From contig NW_026854566.1 of NCBI RefSeq assembly GCF_026571515.1, positions 310,001 to 374,000 of the forward strand: a DNA stretch of 64,000 nucleotides, in the 5' to 3' direction. A model generated the notes under the pieces. The model ran no database searches. It had not been told where the DNA came from and saw nothing but the letters and a program-made list of their open reading frames with translations. Positions 28,504 to 42,887 of the stretch are shown piece after piece (the stretch's first letter is position 1; every line of letters begins with the position of its first letter). This DNA is from Ruditapes philippinarum (taxonomy: Eukaryota). A program made the translations under genes and the position numbers.

Positions 28504-30153
28504 ATGTTTGTATCATGTATGATGCACTGAGAGAAATAAAGAATTTGAATTTTCAGTACAAAGTACAATGGTTTGTACTGGTGCATTAACTACAATTTAG
28601 TAATTGTTTGTTTAAAACATGACTGATGTTGTAAATGTAGTTTTAACCTGGTTAATTTAGCCCAACAAATCCATCAAGTTAATATTCAAAAAAAGACCCA
28701 CCGCTGGTAAATCAACATTTTACTTTCTTATTTCCCTAACTGATTAGCATGCTGGTTAGCCATTAATATCACTGAGACTTTTATAATTGGTTTTAATAGC
28801 CTATCTTAGTTCAAATCATTGATCTAAGGTTACAAGCAAAAATTTGATATCTTTCTTCCTTATAAATTACCAATGAGCGTCCTGCAATGAGCATATATAT
28901 GTATGTATTTATTAATGAAATATGTAGATTTCATAGAGAGGGTCAGTGCAAAGCTATTAATTGTAACAGAAGGCCATATAAGTTATAGGTCATTAAATTG
29001 TGATTTTGAAATTTTTCAAAAGAGTGTATAAAGTTAACTGCAGGTTAAACACCACCAGTCTTGGTTAAATAGACTAGTAAAAATGACATTTGACATGTCA
29101 TATGGAGTAAATTTGACAGAAACTATTTGTGTGGTATGCATAATAGTAAAAAAAGGCCACAATAAAGTTATTTCTGTCTGTGTCAGTATTAGTCAATGAT
29201 TTTTTCTGTTTATACATGTTTAACTGCGTTACATTTGAATTTCTATTCAATGGTGGAATCAGAAATATATTTTAGTAAATCATTTGTGACTTAATCATTA
29301 TAATTGATAGATCCTTACTCTGACCTTTAATTTGAATAACAATAGATTTAACCACAAACATGGACATGTGTTCTTTGGCTATCAAATATGTAGTGGTGAA
29401 ATTCTTATTGTATCAACTAATCTGATCAGGTCAGGGATCTATGCTTTGTATCTAAGTGAATTATTTTAATACATAAAGACCAAAATTCCAGTTAAGTGCA
29501 GCCTAAATGGCTAAATATTATAAATTTTAACTTTATAGATTATACATAGATGAAGAATTAAATGAATGTAAGTTTTCCCCATACCTCATTAAGATGACCC
29601 TTGGCTTTAGTGGTAAAAGTGTCTACCACTAGCCTCTTAGATTAAGTGTTTGAATCCGTCCTAGGTGTTGATTATACTTTGTCAAGATGCTTTTGACTGG
29701 TACTAGGTCAAGTCAAGGGGACAGGGGCAAAATTTTCATTATGTAAAGCTCACAGCTTTTGTTACATAAGATTGTGGTATAAATGAAAAATTGGTTATTA
29801 TAACATAATTGCTTTCACCACAAATCTATTAATAAATGATTTTCTTTAAATCTTACAGCTTTCATTAGAATCTAGGTTAAAATTAGTTACTATAAGTTCA
29901 TGTTATTCATCACAATTCAAGGTAAAATTGGTCATCATAAGTTTATGTTTCATCATAAATCACTGTAAAATTGGTTATCATAAGATCATGACTTTCATTA
30001 TTAATTAAGGTAAAATTGGCTTAAATTAGTTTTGATTTTCTTCATAATCAAGGTAAAAGTGGTCAACATAAGTTTATGGCTTTAATCATGTCATCATAAG
30101 TGGAAAGGAGAATTATTTGCTAAATTAATAGGACATTTTATTTATCTTTTCAG

Positions 30154-30345
30154 GATAGTACAAGTTCTATGAATGATGGCAGTCACAAACCAATTATCAA
30201 AGGAACGTTTGGGCAAAAGGAACGTGAGAAGACGCCCCCGTTCAGCAGGTTTGCACGGGATTCATGGCGTCAGTCACTCGGAAATCAACCCAACATGTTC
30301 AAATGGCTTGAGGCTCAAGAAAGGCAGGAAGACAGAATTAAACAG
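30154..30345 (+). CDS. PARD3: Par-3 coding exon 5
   Basis: DSTSSMNDG...FSRFARDSWRQSLGNQPNMFKWLEAQERQEDRIKQ, with the conserved SL...P...KWLE.QE motif. Acceptor TTTTCAG, donor CAG|GTATAA, phase 0-0. Confidence 0.9.
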
Positions 30346-30892
30346 GTATAATATTTCCTTGTTTGTAGCCAAAAAAAATTTCTGTATTTTTATTGTTTGA
30401 CTATTTGAAGAATTGGGAGAGCTCAGTTTTACTCTATGACCCAGGCTTAAGTGAAGGCGTCACACTTTTGATGAGTTTTTGCCTGCAAGTTTAAAGTATC
30501 TAAAAAACTACTGAGAGAATGAGTTGAAACTTCACACACTTATTTGAAAGCATAATTGGGGGTCATTATCTTAACCCATAACTCTATCAGGGATTTTGTC
30601 AGAATTATAGCCCTTTTTGAAAATTCTACTAATCCAGGCTCTTGTTACTGAGAAAAGTTGAGCATGCTGAGTCCTTCCTACTGACAGGTCTTGATAGTCA
30701 GCCCGAAGTTTTAAAGGTAATTATGGGAACTTTCCATTGTTCTTGTCAGGATTTGAACCAGTGTTGATAGGCAAGTGATATCTAGTCAGCATTATTGAAA
30801 GAAGTAATTCTGATCGAGTCAGATTCATCTGATTATGTTATGAAATACACAGTCTATAATTCTCTATTTTAATATATTTTCTTGTATTCTAG

Positions 30893-30984
30893 CATCCAGA
30901 GCGGCCAGGCCCAGTAGGTGGCAGCACTAACCATGAGGATGAAGTAGAGGGACCAGTCAAACCTCCCCTGCCTCCAGCTAAAAA
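30893..30984 (+). CDS. PARD3: Par-3 coding exon 6
   Basis: HPERPGPVGGSTNHEDEVEGPVKPPLPPAK. Acceptor TTCTAG, donor AA|GTATGT. Phase 0-2 bridges exons 5 and 7. Confidence 0.85.
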
Positions 30985-31881
30985 GTATGTGTTATATCTG
31001 ATTAAACCATTTAAAATGAAGTATCTAGTCTGACTCTGGCAATAACCTCTAAGAAATTAAAGTAGATCCTTTGGGTGGAGGTGTACATAGATTCATTGAC
31101 AAAAATATCTTACTTCAAAGACTTCAATTCCTAAAGCGATATATTATGATTTTATAAGACAGAACATTTATTCTTTTATCTTTCAAGAATTTATTGTTGA
31201 TTCTACAGCTTTTAAGATGGAAATACTGTATTGTTGTAAAGTATGACTGGGTTCTGCATTGTTTTGTCTTCTTCAATATGCCTGCCAGCTGTCAGAGGAA
31301 TTAAAACCAAAATCAAAATTTGTTAACAAAATCATTCTATTGCATAATTATTATAATTATGGATTTGTTTGTTTAGTTTGAGTAATACATTGTATTTTAT
31401 CTTAAAGTTGAGTGGACTTCTAAATTATGGAACTTTTAATTTAAGCTGAAGCTGATGGCCTTTGTTGTAGATTTAATACTCACTCTCCTAAAATTTATAT
31501 AATAGACTTGTCAATCTTTGTATTTGGAACAGTTCATTAGTAATTTAAGGGAATTTAGTATTGAAATAAAAAAAAATAGTTCAAGAGTTTAGTCATAATC
31601 TGAGAATGAGTGAATGTACAAGTCCACCTTGTCATCAATTAAAAAATGTCAGGAAAATAGAGAAATGATGTAAGTAAACGGCAATGTTGCAAATGAATAG
31701 CATTAAACAATACGCTTGCTAGAAAGAACCGTGGAGGTGGCATAGATATGCTTAATAACAGTTATTATCAAAATTAATATTCATAGACATGTCACAATAC
31801 AATATTGTTAACAGCTGATATAAAGAAAAGATAGCAAATGTTCATTATTCTATAAAGTTTGTATTTTTGTGTGTATTACAG

Positions 31882-31965
31882 GGAAGTTGGTATAGTGCTA
31901 TGTTTAAAGAACGATGGTACGCCACTTGGTATACATGTTGTACCAGACTTCAATGAGGCGGGAAA
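31882..31965 (+). CDS. PARD3: Par-3 coding exon 7 (PDZ1 start)
   Basis: EVGIVLCLKNDGTPLGIHVVPDFNEAG, with the NDG.PLGIHVVP motif of PDZ1. Phase 2-2. Confidence 0.93.
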
Positions 31966-33187
31966 GTATGTTTATTGTTGGTCTATTTCCCTTTCAGATC
32001 TTATAGAAATTAAGAATTAGAAATTTAATTCCCTTATAATTATTTATAACATGGGGCTACATTGTCTTGAGAACAAACATTTGATACATTTTTAGCACCC
32101 CATGACGACTTTGTTGTTATGGTGAGCCTTTTTGGACCCCTCTGTTGTCTTTGCATCATTCATCAACATTTTGATTGCATATGAGTTATGTTACCTGGAT
32201 TTTTTGGTTTGACAACTGTACATTGACTTGGCCGTAGTTTATATTCTATCTAGTAGTCAAAGCCTCAGTGGAGAGCTATTTACCTCTATCAAGGTTCTTT
32301 TACAATAACATATATGTATATTTACCAGTATATACACAAATATAGAATAATATGTTCAAAGTTAATATTTTGTTAGAAATTTGTTTTTTCTTTGGGACAA
32401 ACCTGACAATAATTTTCCTTTGTTGATTTGTGGTTTTTTAATATAGATCATTTGTTTTAATCAGATAATGGTCAATATTGTGTTTTTAGTGACAGATTTT
32501 CTGTGTTTGATCTTTATTTTGTTGTTCGGCCTCAAGCACATTGTTTACTATAGTGATAACTAGTTGGACAGATAAATTCATAACTTTGATGAATAATGTT
32601 AGTCATTAGTTTTTCCTTTGATTTTGCTTTGATGTAAATGTATTTGAGTAAACATAAACAATAAACAGTGTTTTTATAAACAATAGTAAATCATTCCATG
32701 ACTATTATACCATTATCCCAGAGCCATTGTATATCAAACAAAAAACTATATGAGAGCTTTGTTTGAAAGAGATAGTAAAATTTATAAAAAGATTATGTTC
32801 CTCACAGTTGAAGAGGTAATAGATGTTGTTTAAGAGATAGTTAAACACTTAAGGGGCACATTAAGCCTTATTATCACATACCCGGGCCTTTTTTGTGACT
32901 CCTTAAAAATGGTATTGCACATCCATGGATATATTTTGAAGTTGCGTTGTTTGCATTACACAAACATAGTGTAAAGACATGCTAAATGTAAGCTTTAGAC
33001 TATAGGCGCTGCAATAACAAAAATGGATTATTTTAACTGTAAACAGTCCTTGTGTTAGGTATGTGATAAATAAAATATTATGTTCGTGCATATTCATTAC
33101 TTAATTTATCAACTCGTTGAATAAAATAATATTATAGTATGTCGGATGATGAGAAGACTAAATACATTTTGTTTTCTTGTATTACAG

Positions 33188-33313
33188 AGAGAGTGGACTA
33201 ATGGTACAAGGTATAGAGCCAGGTGGTCGCATTCATCAAGATGGCCGCCTCAAAGAACACGATAGAATTATAGAAATTAATAACATAGATCTTCATAACA
33301 TCACGTTCCCAAA
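33188..33313 (+). CDS. PARD3: Par-3 coding exon 8 (PDZ1)
   Basis: ESGLMVQGIEPGGRIHQDGRLKEHDRIIEINNIDLHNITFP. Acceptor TTACAG, weak donor AA|GTTTGT, phase 2-2. Confidence 0.92.
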
Positions 33314-34074
33314 GTTTGTACCCTTTCTTTTCTTATTTAGTCATCATATTCTCTTGAATGTTTTAGAAAATTTTATGCTTTATTCACCCATTTTTACACT
33401 ATGGTGTTTCAAGTTAGAGTATATTGGTCATATGATTGTGCACCATTATCAAATTGGAATATGGGGACCTCTTTGACTGACTTACAACCACATGCTCCTC
33501 AGTGTTGTGGGTTCAAATCCAGCAAGGGTCTTTGGATTTATTCATATGAAGAAACTATCCAACTTAATGTCAGTGATTCTACTCAAAGGCCTGCTGGTGC
33601 CTGAAATTATGCTAGAAATGGAATCAAGGATTGTTCTTCAAAAGTTAAAGGAGCTCTCCTGAATTAAGAAAAAAAAACACCCTAAAAACATACAAATTGA
33701 AATTGTTACAAAAGTCTAGATAAGCGCTTTAAATACAAAAATCTGCAAATGATAAAAAGAAGAAAAAATATGATTTGAATATCAATTGTTCATGCAATTC
33801 TTAGCACGATTGCTACGCTTTTCATATTTGGGTAATTTTGCACAATTAAAATATTTATAGTGGAAAAACAGGGTGAGGGAATGATGTGAAAAGTTGCACA
33901 CATATTATTAGACCATACCTACATCAAATGGTGTACAAATATCAGGAAAATATTTCCAGTCCCATCATGTGGAAAAACCTCAGTGGAGTCCTTCTAATAT
34001 CAAACCAAACCATATAAATCAAAGGCTTTATTACCCACACTTTACATGCAAACAGTAAATTATTTATATTTTAA

Positions 34075-34827
<753 letters not shown>

Positions 34828-35037
34828 TAACATATTCCATTTCATTTATGAATGTGGCAGAAATTTCTTATTTCATTTCCTTATTGCAGTAATGGGTTAA
34901 CTTCTGTCATATTATACAAAAAGTTAACCTGTTGCTGCAATAAGGTGACAATTTGTTGATATTTATTTACAATTATTTTCTTTGCATTAAAATTTATTTA
35001 AGAAGGAAAAAAAGTTATATGAAAACAGCAATGAATA

Positions 35038-35915
35038 CTGTATGTGTAGAAATATTCGCGGGCTTCAAATTTTCGCGATCTTCGCGGTGACATTCGATCC
35101 GGGAATTCATGTTCAGCGCGAATATTTCTACGCCAATAATTTCTTAATAGTCATATTTTCGCGCCTCTATAGAACAATGTTTATCAGTGTGTTCACGGCT
35201 GCCATAGGTTTGGTATCCGTGGCGCTTTCAAAGAGTGATTTTACTGTTGTATAAACTGTACATGTAATATTCAGCTCTGTATATAAATCAGTTTGCTAGT
35301 GTATTATTGTTTGACTGATATGATTATCGGATTCTTTTATAACTATATACATGTTTGAACAATACCATTGTAGTTTTATTTCATAGTCTGAGTCATAAAC
35401 GTCTTGACATCCGACCAGATTATATTTTGTTTTGCTAAACAAACAATACAAACAACACAAACTTAAACGATTTTAACTGATGAAAACATGGAAAACAAAA
35501 CACAATTACTCAGTCAACATTTTAACAAAATCGATGAAAGATTATGGTCTTATTCAGTGCTGTTTAAAACTGTGAAAAATCACGCACGTAAACGGACATT
35601 ATTTTGTTTGCCATAATTTGTCCACTAGATAAATTGAATGTCTTTGTTATGTACAATAGCGTATTGTTTGACACCAGGTGTTGAAAATAACTATGAAGTC
35701 CAACAATGGTTACAGTAAAAAGTAGTTTGAATGGAATAAGGCTGCTTGCGAAAACCATTGCCTAGTCATGTACTTTTAAACCTGATGGGTGTACGCGAAT
35801 TTATGATTTTTGGCAGTCACCTCCGCGAATTCAAAATAGCGCGAATATTTGTATATACCCCCAAATTGGACCTTTCCGCGAAAATTTGCTTCCGCGAATT
35901 TAAATACACATACAG
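35038..35915. mobile_element. Tc1/mariner-type non-autonomous element (MITE)
   Basis: Ends TA|CTGTATGTGTA ... TACACATACAG|TA (perfect inverted termini, TA TSD). Subterminal (TT)CGCG(AA) repeats at both ends. Confidence 0.85.
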
Positions 35916-36178
35916 TATTTGATTTAAGTTTGACAGTGGTTCATAGTTTAAGTTTGAAGCCTGTTTATACCACTCCCATGTTCATATGTTTCATCAGTGA
36001 AACATGGTGGGTACTAGAATAGTTATAAGCAGTGTTATATTTAAGACTTTAACTTAACTATACATTGAAACAACATTGATTGTTCATAGTTCAATGGTGG
36101 AAAGTAGCATTAAGGTAACAAGAGTAAAAGTAAAAGCATTAAATTTTGTAAGCTTTACATTAACATTGTTTTTGTTAG

Positions 36179-36343
36179 GTGAACGGTATAGAAATGACGG
36201 GGAAAACTCAGGGAGACGCTGTTTCAATTCTACGCAATACAACACTAGGAAGTACAGTACACATTGCGGTGTCACGTCAAGAGCTAGAAGAAGAAGAAGA
36301 TGAAGAAGAAGAGGATGACCGATTTAAAGTTCCGCGAGAATTG
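36179..36343 (+). CDS. PARD3: Par-3 coding exon 10 (end of PDZ2)
   Basis: VNGIEMTGKTQGDAVSILRNTTLGSTVHIAVSRQE...FKVPREL. Acceptor TTGTTAG, donor TTG|GTGCGT, phase 0-0. Confidence 0.95.
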
Positions 36344-36892
36344 GTGCGTATATACTTTCATATTACTAATGACCCATTAACAGGCTATAATATGTAATAG
36401 CCCAGAACACTGTAACAATTCCCTGTATGTTTTCAGTTATTTCAGTAATAATACTAAATGCTTAGAGTTTTTTTAAATATTTAAAGAAAGGTAGAATAAA
36501 GAATTGAAATTGTAAATTAACCAAGAATATATATTTTATTATTATTTCTATAATAAGCCTGTTAATATGTTTATGCCGAGTCCCTAACTCCTAACAGCTT
36601 ATTCTTGCTGACAGCTCTGTCTTTAGTGCTTTGTTATTTCTTTTTAAAACATGATAATCAATATATTTGAAATAGTATGTAGTGATTTTTGATCTGTTCA
36701 AAACCTTTTTTTTTTTCATTCTTATATAATTATGTGTATATATATATAAAGAATGCTTGCTAGCTAGCATGTGTGTGTAGATTTTCTGTAGCCTAGATGC
36801 TGCAAGCATGATATGAGTTGCATGTTTGTACATGTAGTTTCTGCCGACCAAATATGTCAGTTTGTGTATTTTTCTTTAAAGATTAAACAAAC

Positions 36893-37062
36893 GCATTTAT
36901 ATCCCAGTACTGTTTTGTCACATCCAAAATGCATTTAAATCCCAGTACTGTTTTGTCACATCCAAAATGCATTTAAGTCCCAGTACTGTTTTGTCACATC
37001 CAAAATGCATTTAAGTCCCAGTACTGTTTTGTCACATCCAAAATGCATTTAAGTCCCAGTAC
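36893..37062 (+). repeat. Minisatellite, 38-bp unit x~4.5
   Basis: GCATTTAAGTCCCAGTACTGTTTTGTCACATCCAAAAT repeated. Confidence 0.92.
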
Positions 37063-38869
37063 TTATTTATTGCATCAATGATGAATTTACATCTCAGTAC
37101 TGTTTCATCACATCTAAAAGCATTTCCATTTAGAGCTACATATACAGTCCTAGTAAAGTACTTGCAGTTCTTGACCAAAAGTCAAGATTAAAGTCTAGTT
37201 AGGTCTTCTTTTTTTAAAAATTTCCAACAGTTCAAGACTACCACATGGATTTTGTGTGTCCAAGTTGAGATAGAGGTAAAAAATTGTCTCTTTGACTTTG
37301 GATTTGGTCTAGAAAATATTGAGCTAAACTTGAACTTGAGCTGGTTCCATGTGAGTCTGTAAGAATCTACCTAAGACCAAACTTAATTGTTTCTTGTCAA
37401 ATTAGTAGCTATGAGCTTAATTTTAGATCAGTGTGCATAAAACAATCCTTAGACAAATAATTATTTTCTTTTGTTTCTGCATGGTTTGATTTTAAGTGCT
37501 TATGTTGTAGTTTGCATAGAATTTGATGCTGTATGTCTGTCTAGTTGTGATGTAAAAATAGGCTGAAATGTCATTGTGTATTTTAATTAGATCATCAACT
37601 AAAATGTATGATTGTTTAAAATTCAAAACAGAAGGTTATATTTGATGGGTAAATAACCTACAATGTAATATTATCTTCAAGAAAACCTGGGTTGTAAAGT
37701 AAATATGTAGCGTTTAGGTGGGGTTGTTACTTTAAAAGGGAATGGATATTGAAATTCCTGGAATGTTTGAAGTATTACGACTAAGAAAAAAGAAAACATT
37801 TTCTGCAATGTAGTTGGAGTCAACCACCATATAATTTTTAAATGCGAAACAATATTTTAAAAACATGATGGATTAACTGTTAATAAAGATTGAAAAAAAG
37901 AACAACATACAAATAAGTTGAACTAAATTTCATAGGATTCATTGCCACTAATTTTATCAAGAATGGCGGGTGATTTTGATATCAGTTGAGTGTAAATATA
38001 GAGGTGTCTTTGGCTATGTGATTAAAAGTTGTTGACTGCTAAGTATTTGCTCTTCATTGCTGCAGGTTTAAAATGTTTTACCAAGTCTGGATTCATTTAT
38101 ATGAGAAAGCTATCCAGTTAGTCAACCTGCGTAACAAGAAGGGTTACTCAAGGTCTTCCTCCACCACTAAAGTAAGAATGTCACTATATGACGTTAAAAA
38201 AGTCCATGTGACTGAAAAACCTGAGAAAGAAATAGAGAAAAGGAAATAAATTTTTAAATTATCTCTTAAAATCCCCCAAAAGTAATTGAATATCCGCTTT
38301 TATTGTTGGATTAATTAGTTTAATTATGCATAGTCATGAGTTGTTGTTTTGTACTAGATATTGAGTCATTCTAACCTCTCTCTGTCTCTTCTATAATATT
38401 GTTCACCCTATGAGTAAATTGATAAAACATTGTCCGTCTAGTTACATGTCAATAACTGGGGGATTTTGCCAATTAGGGAGATTACTATCGCATGCGTGTT
38501 ATATCACATGCCTTATTATAAGGAAGGTTGAATTCAGATTAATTTTATTAAAAACACCAGTACGGGATAGTATGAGGAAGCAGACATTTTGTGCAGTCCA
38601 AAATTATCTTGAAGATTTTGCCACAACCATGCTAGTTAGATAAATATTGTTGAACAATTTCAGATTTATTTTTTGCCACAATTATAGGCACTAAAGCTAT
38701 GTATAGTAGAAAGTAAGTGCATGCTAATTGTTATCCTACAGCTCAGTATTTCTTCCTGTGATACAAGTACTGGTCAGCCATGATACCAGTACTGGTTTTA
38801 GCTGTAGTCATTAACTGAATATTTGTTTCCTATTACTGGTCAGTCCAGGAAGCAGATCCAGGATGGTAT

Positions 38870-39119
38870 AACCCTTACACTGCTAAATATCCTTTAATAA
38901 ATGGACCTGTCACCAGTCAGGTATAGGTCATTCGGGACATCTGTGCCATCTGATCTTGGTATACCTTGTTCCATATTCAGTCAGTACATATTTTGAAATG
39001 TTTCCTAAATATGAAGAAACAGTTTTGTCCAGATTGAAAGACGGACAATTAACTCCATTCAAGATATATGCTTCCTTTGCCGAAATAAATCTATCTAGAT
39101 ATTTAGTAATGTAAGGGTT
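38870..39119. mobile_element. MITE with ~22-bp imperfect TIRs
   Basis: AACCCTTACACTGCTAAATATC ... GATATTTAGTAATGTAAGGGTT. Confidence 0.7.
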
Positions 39120-40282
39120 CAAAATTACTTTCACTGTACCGTACCTAAAGCCAAAAGAAACATTCTAGTTGTAACTAACATTGTATCCATGGAATCTACT
39201 TCTCTAGAATGAAATTATTCAATTAAGGATATTGCATGTGGAGTACCATCCATGTGCAGCTATGCCATTATCGGAAATTAAGAGTCAATTTATAGTTATT
39301 AAATATACTAGGACTGGTGTAAACTCAGCTATGTTATTGGGGAAAATGCAATATATGTGTTAGTAGGTCATAGAAAACCTGTGATGGGACAGTTCTATTC
39401 TACATTTATTGGCGACGCCGGTGAGCGGCGTCGTCTTTTATGGAATGCTTTTTATTTTTGCCTATGGAAGGAGCTGATATTATTAGCAGTTAATTTCATG
39501 TTGTGTTAATTATATTTATTTTGATTCGTAAAAATCAAGTAAACAAATATGTTGTTATATTTGTATTTAATAACTTTATATAAAAAGCATGTGCATTGTG
39601 ATATTATTTTCACGAAATTGCAGGCTCTGATTAAAAGCTTGTCCCTTTGTTTTATTGACAATACTAAAACCCGGATTTCGAATATCGTTGTGGTCTACAT
39701 TGATGCTCATTCATTTATACATTTCAAAACTTTCCTACAAGAAGAAAGTTCACCTGCAAATGAGTATTAGGATAGGTAATGGACTGTTGTAAACGATTAT
39801 CCTATTGATTTTATCCATATTACATTTTTCTGTTGAACAGAATGGTTGTTTTTACAAAGTGTACCAGTATCCGGATGTTGACAGCTATCCGTTTTTCTGC
39901 AATTACTGCTGTCACATGGCCATCTACTTTTTTATGAATACTTTACCATTAATTTGCATGGCATAATTAAAATGAGCCTGCAATATTTCTTAATTTTGAT
40001 GTTTAGGGTGTTCTTTTGGGTTTCATGTTTTCTTTATTTCAAGGGGAAGTAACTCATGTTTACTAAATTATTTGTTCTTTTCTGTCTATCTTAGGTATTA
40101 CTTACAATTTTTGTTTTATAAAATTTACCAGTTGTAAGGTCATCAAAAGCATAGAGGCCCTGATGAAAGAATATTGATAAATATATACTTTTACTGGCTT
40201 TATATACCCAATATTTCATATTTATTTAATAGAAACTTGGAATTATTAATGTTATGTGCATACATTTATATCTTAGTATATT

Positions 40283-42262
40283 CACAGTATATAAACGATT
40301 TGAACCCCAACCGGATCTTGTGAGAAGATTTCAGTGTCAGCCATATTCTGCCACTTCACTTGTTTACGATATTGGTAATTATATTGATACTGATGAATGT
40401 TAGGTTAGTAAATCTATATTTGTATTGTAAGACAGAAATTTTATTAAACGTCTAAGTTATGCAAAACATAAACATTAGCACGAAGGCTATAAAATAACAG
40501 AAACTCACGAACAACTTTCAGGTGATCAACACTGAACACGAACAAAAATCTGTCTTATTCCAAGGTCGATTTAGTTAAACGTTAAATTCTGATATCGAAC
40601 AACTAAAGTAATCAATAACAAACGATAATTTAGTCATATGCATAACATATTGCTGTATCTTGAACATAAATTTAAGAGTTTTAGCAAGGAGGTCATTTCC
40701 GTAAACTGAACGTTACTTGCTGGTGATTGTGAACCCTACTTGTGAGTTTACGAATTTTATCTGTACCCTGACTTGTGAGTATTTTTAAAGATTATTGGAG
40801 TTTATTACGATTTTGTATCAATTAATGCGAGAAAAGATAATGATTGTAATAGAATTTTAGTATATAAGGTGGGATCTATGGTATTTACCGAGAAATGGTT
40901 TAACTGATACTATTGTTAATCATTTGTGTAATAAAATATATAATGTTCTGTATATTTCTCTTTCGGATCACCATGGAAGAATACAACTGTATATACTGTT
41001 CAGTAAAGACTACGAATTTCAATGCCATCATTGACCACATAATTATTCCCCATCCCGACTGCAACTTGAAAATAAGAATAAATAATGATCAGAATAAAAT
41101 TTCCTACTTAAAGAATTTCAGCGTCATCGCCAATAACGTAAACGAAAAAAAAGAAGTTTATAACATCAATAGCTGAAACACTGACAATTAAAATTTCCCG
41201 AATATTCTCCGTTTAAAAAATTGCCATAATTGTGTCGACGCCTATGAAAGATATACATGTACAAGAATGAAAGTCGTACATATCAGAAATAGAAAGTCAA
41301 CGAATTTCTGAGTTTAAAAAGCAGAATGAAATCAACGGTAGGTGTAATTAAAGCTTTCAACATGTTGAAATAAGTTATCTGCAACAAATCTTGTAATGAT
41401 ATTTCGAGGTTTATTGATACGTGACGTTATATAACGGTCAGTCAAAACTAACAACAATGTGGTTGAACTAGATATAAGAAATTTATAGTACATTTGTAAT
41501 AATTTAGCTTTATATATTTTCCAAAGAAAAATGAATGGTAAGTGAAGATAAGGTTTGCTAGTTATTCATTCCTATCAAGAAATAATTGACTTTCTGATTC
41601 GTATAACCAGCAACTTCATGCTGGTATTTTCGTCCATTCATATGTAGTTTTGGTTACTTACATAGAACTAAGACATGTACCATGCTCTTGTGACACAATA
41701 ACTTCATATTCTGCACAATAAAATTTGGAACATATGACAAAACACAATTAAAATCATCAAAAGTGACTCTCAAGTAATGGTTCAGTGAAAACACAAGTAG
41801 GGTACAGATCAATAAAATTGTTTTAGCAAGACGGGTACAGTTGTCAGAATGTTCGCCTCTATTATTTACTATGTTTTATCAATATTCAAAGATATTTTCA
41901 CAAGTGTCTGTCCGGTAGTATGAGGAAAAGACAATAAAGTTAAAATTCAGATATAAGTTATAGTAAAGCAAAATCATTTTAGGCATAAATTTGCTTGTGT
42001 AATCGGCGTGTGTTGACATAAACAAAACAAGAAACGAAGAGCACAGCGTTTTATGCATATATATTTTATGAAGAAGGTTATGGATGTATATACAAGCAAA
42101 GATAAATTATTTCTTAATTTGATTCAACTGTTAACATACCGTAACATATTAAATTCAAGCCGATCTTTAATAGTTTAATGTGCCATCCTGCCCGATTGTA
42201 CGTTTAGATGCTGAGATCTTCTCACAAGATCCGGTTGGGGTTCAAATCGTTTATATACTGTG
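40283..42262. mobile_element. Non-autonomous DNA transposon with CAC termini, ~47-51 bp TIRs and 5-bp TSD
   Basis: TIR CACAGTATATAAACGATTTGAACCCCAACCGGATCTTGTGAGAAGAT is perfectly inverted at the right end, with ATATT on both flanks. A decayed internal ORF near 40973-41176 has a C2H2-like pattern (CIYC-x12-HIIIPH). Confidence 0.9.
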
Positions 42263-42887
42263 ATATTGGTATGATGAGACTTATAATATTTCTGAATTTA
42301 AAGAGTTGCAGTTATGTCATTATTATTAAAGGGATGAGACTTTCATTTAAAGTTATAAATGATAATACATGTATTGATTGAAAATGTCCTGACACTTGGA
42401 TCAAGCAATATAATTGATAAAGCCTCAAAAAATCATGTTCTGAATAGTTATTCTAATTTTTTTCTAACATGTGCATAGTTTGAAAAGGACAGCTTCTGCC
42501 TTATCTATTTGTAATGGAGGGACACCGGTCTCAACCTCCAGGTCTCCTGAGTCAACCCGACAACAGACTTTTCATAGAGTAGATTGTTACTTGCCCTTGA
42601 ATAAATTTGTACACTAAATTTTATAGTGGGTGATTTAATGTGCCACATGAAAACCAACAAAGTACAAAAAGTAACCGGGCGCCAGATGAAAACATGAAAA
42701 TACAATCTACCACAAAGTGGTTCGTTTGTTGCATTTTCATGTTTTCGCCCGGTGCCCTTGATGTAAAATGCAAATCAGCCTTCATAAAATTTCTTATCAT
42801 AGATATTGTACATGTATTAGCACAGTTATATTCACTTTCAAATTGACCTGTTATAAATAATGGCATAACCAATAACTGTCTTAGCCC

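Noticed and set aside
38742-38773. Acceptor-like site (TGCATGCTAAT..CCTACAG) as another linker microexon; similar site near 36597
   Set aside because: No convincing donor gives a phase compatible with the neighbouring exons.
39412-39436. GC hairpin GACGCCG-GTGAG-CGGCGTC as a terminator or RNA gene
   Set aside because: An isolated hairpin in an intron. It may be a transposon end, but I could not define element boundaries.
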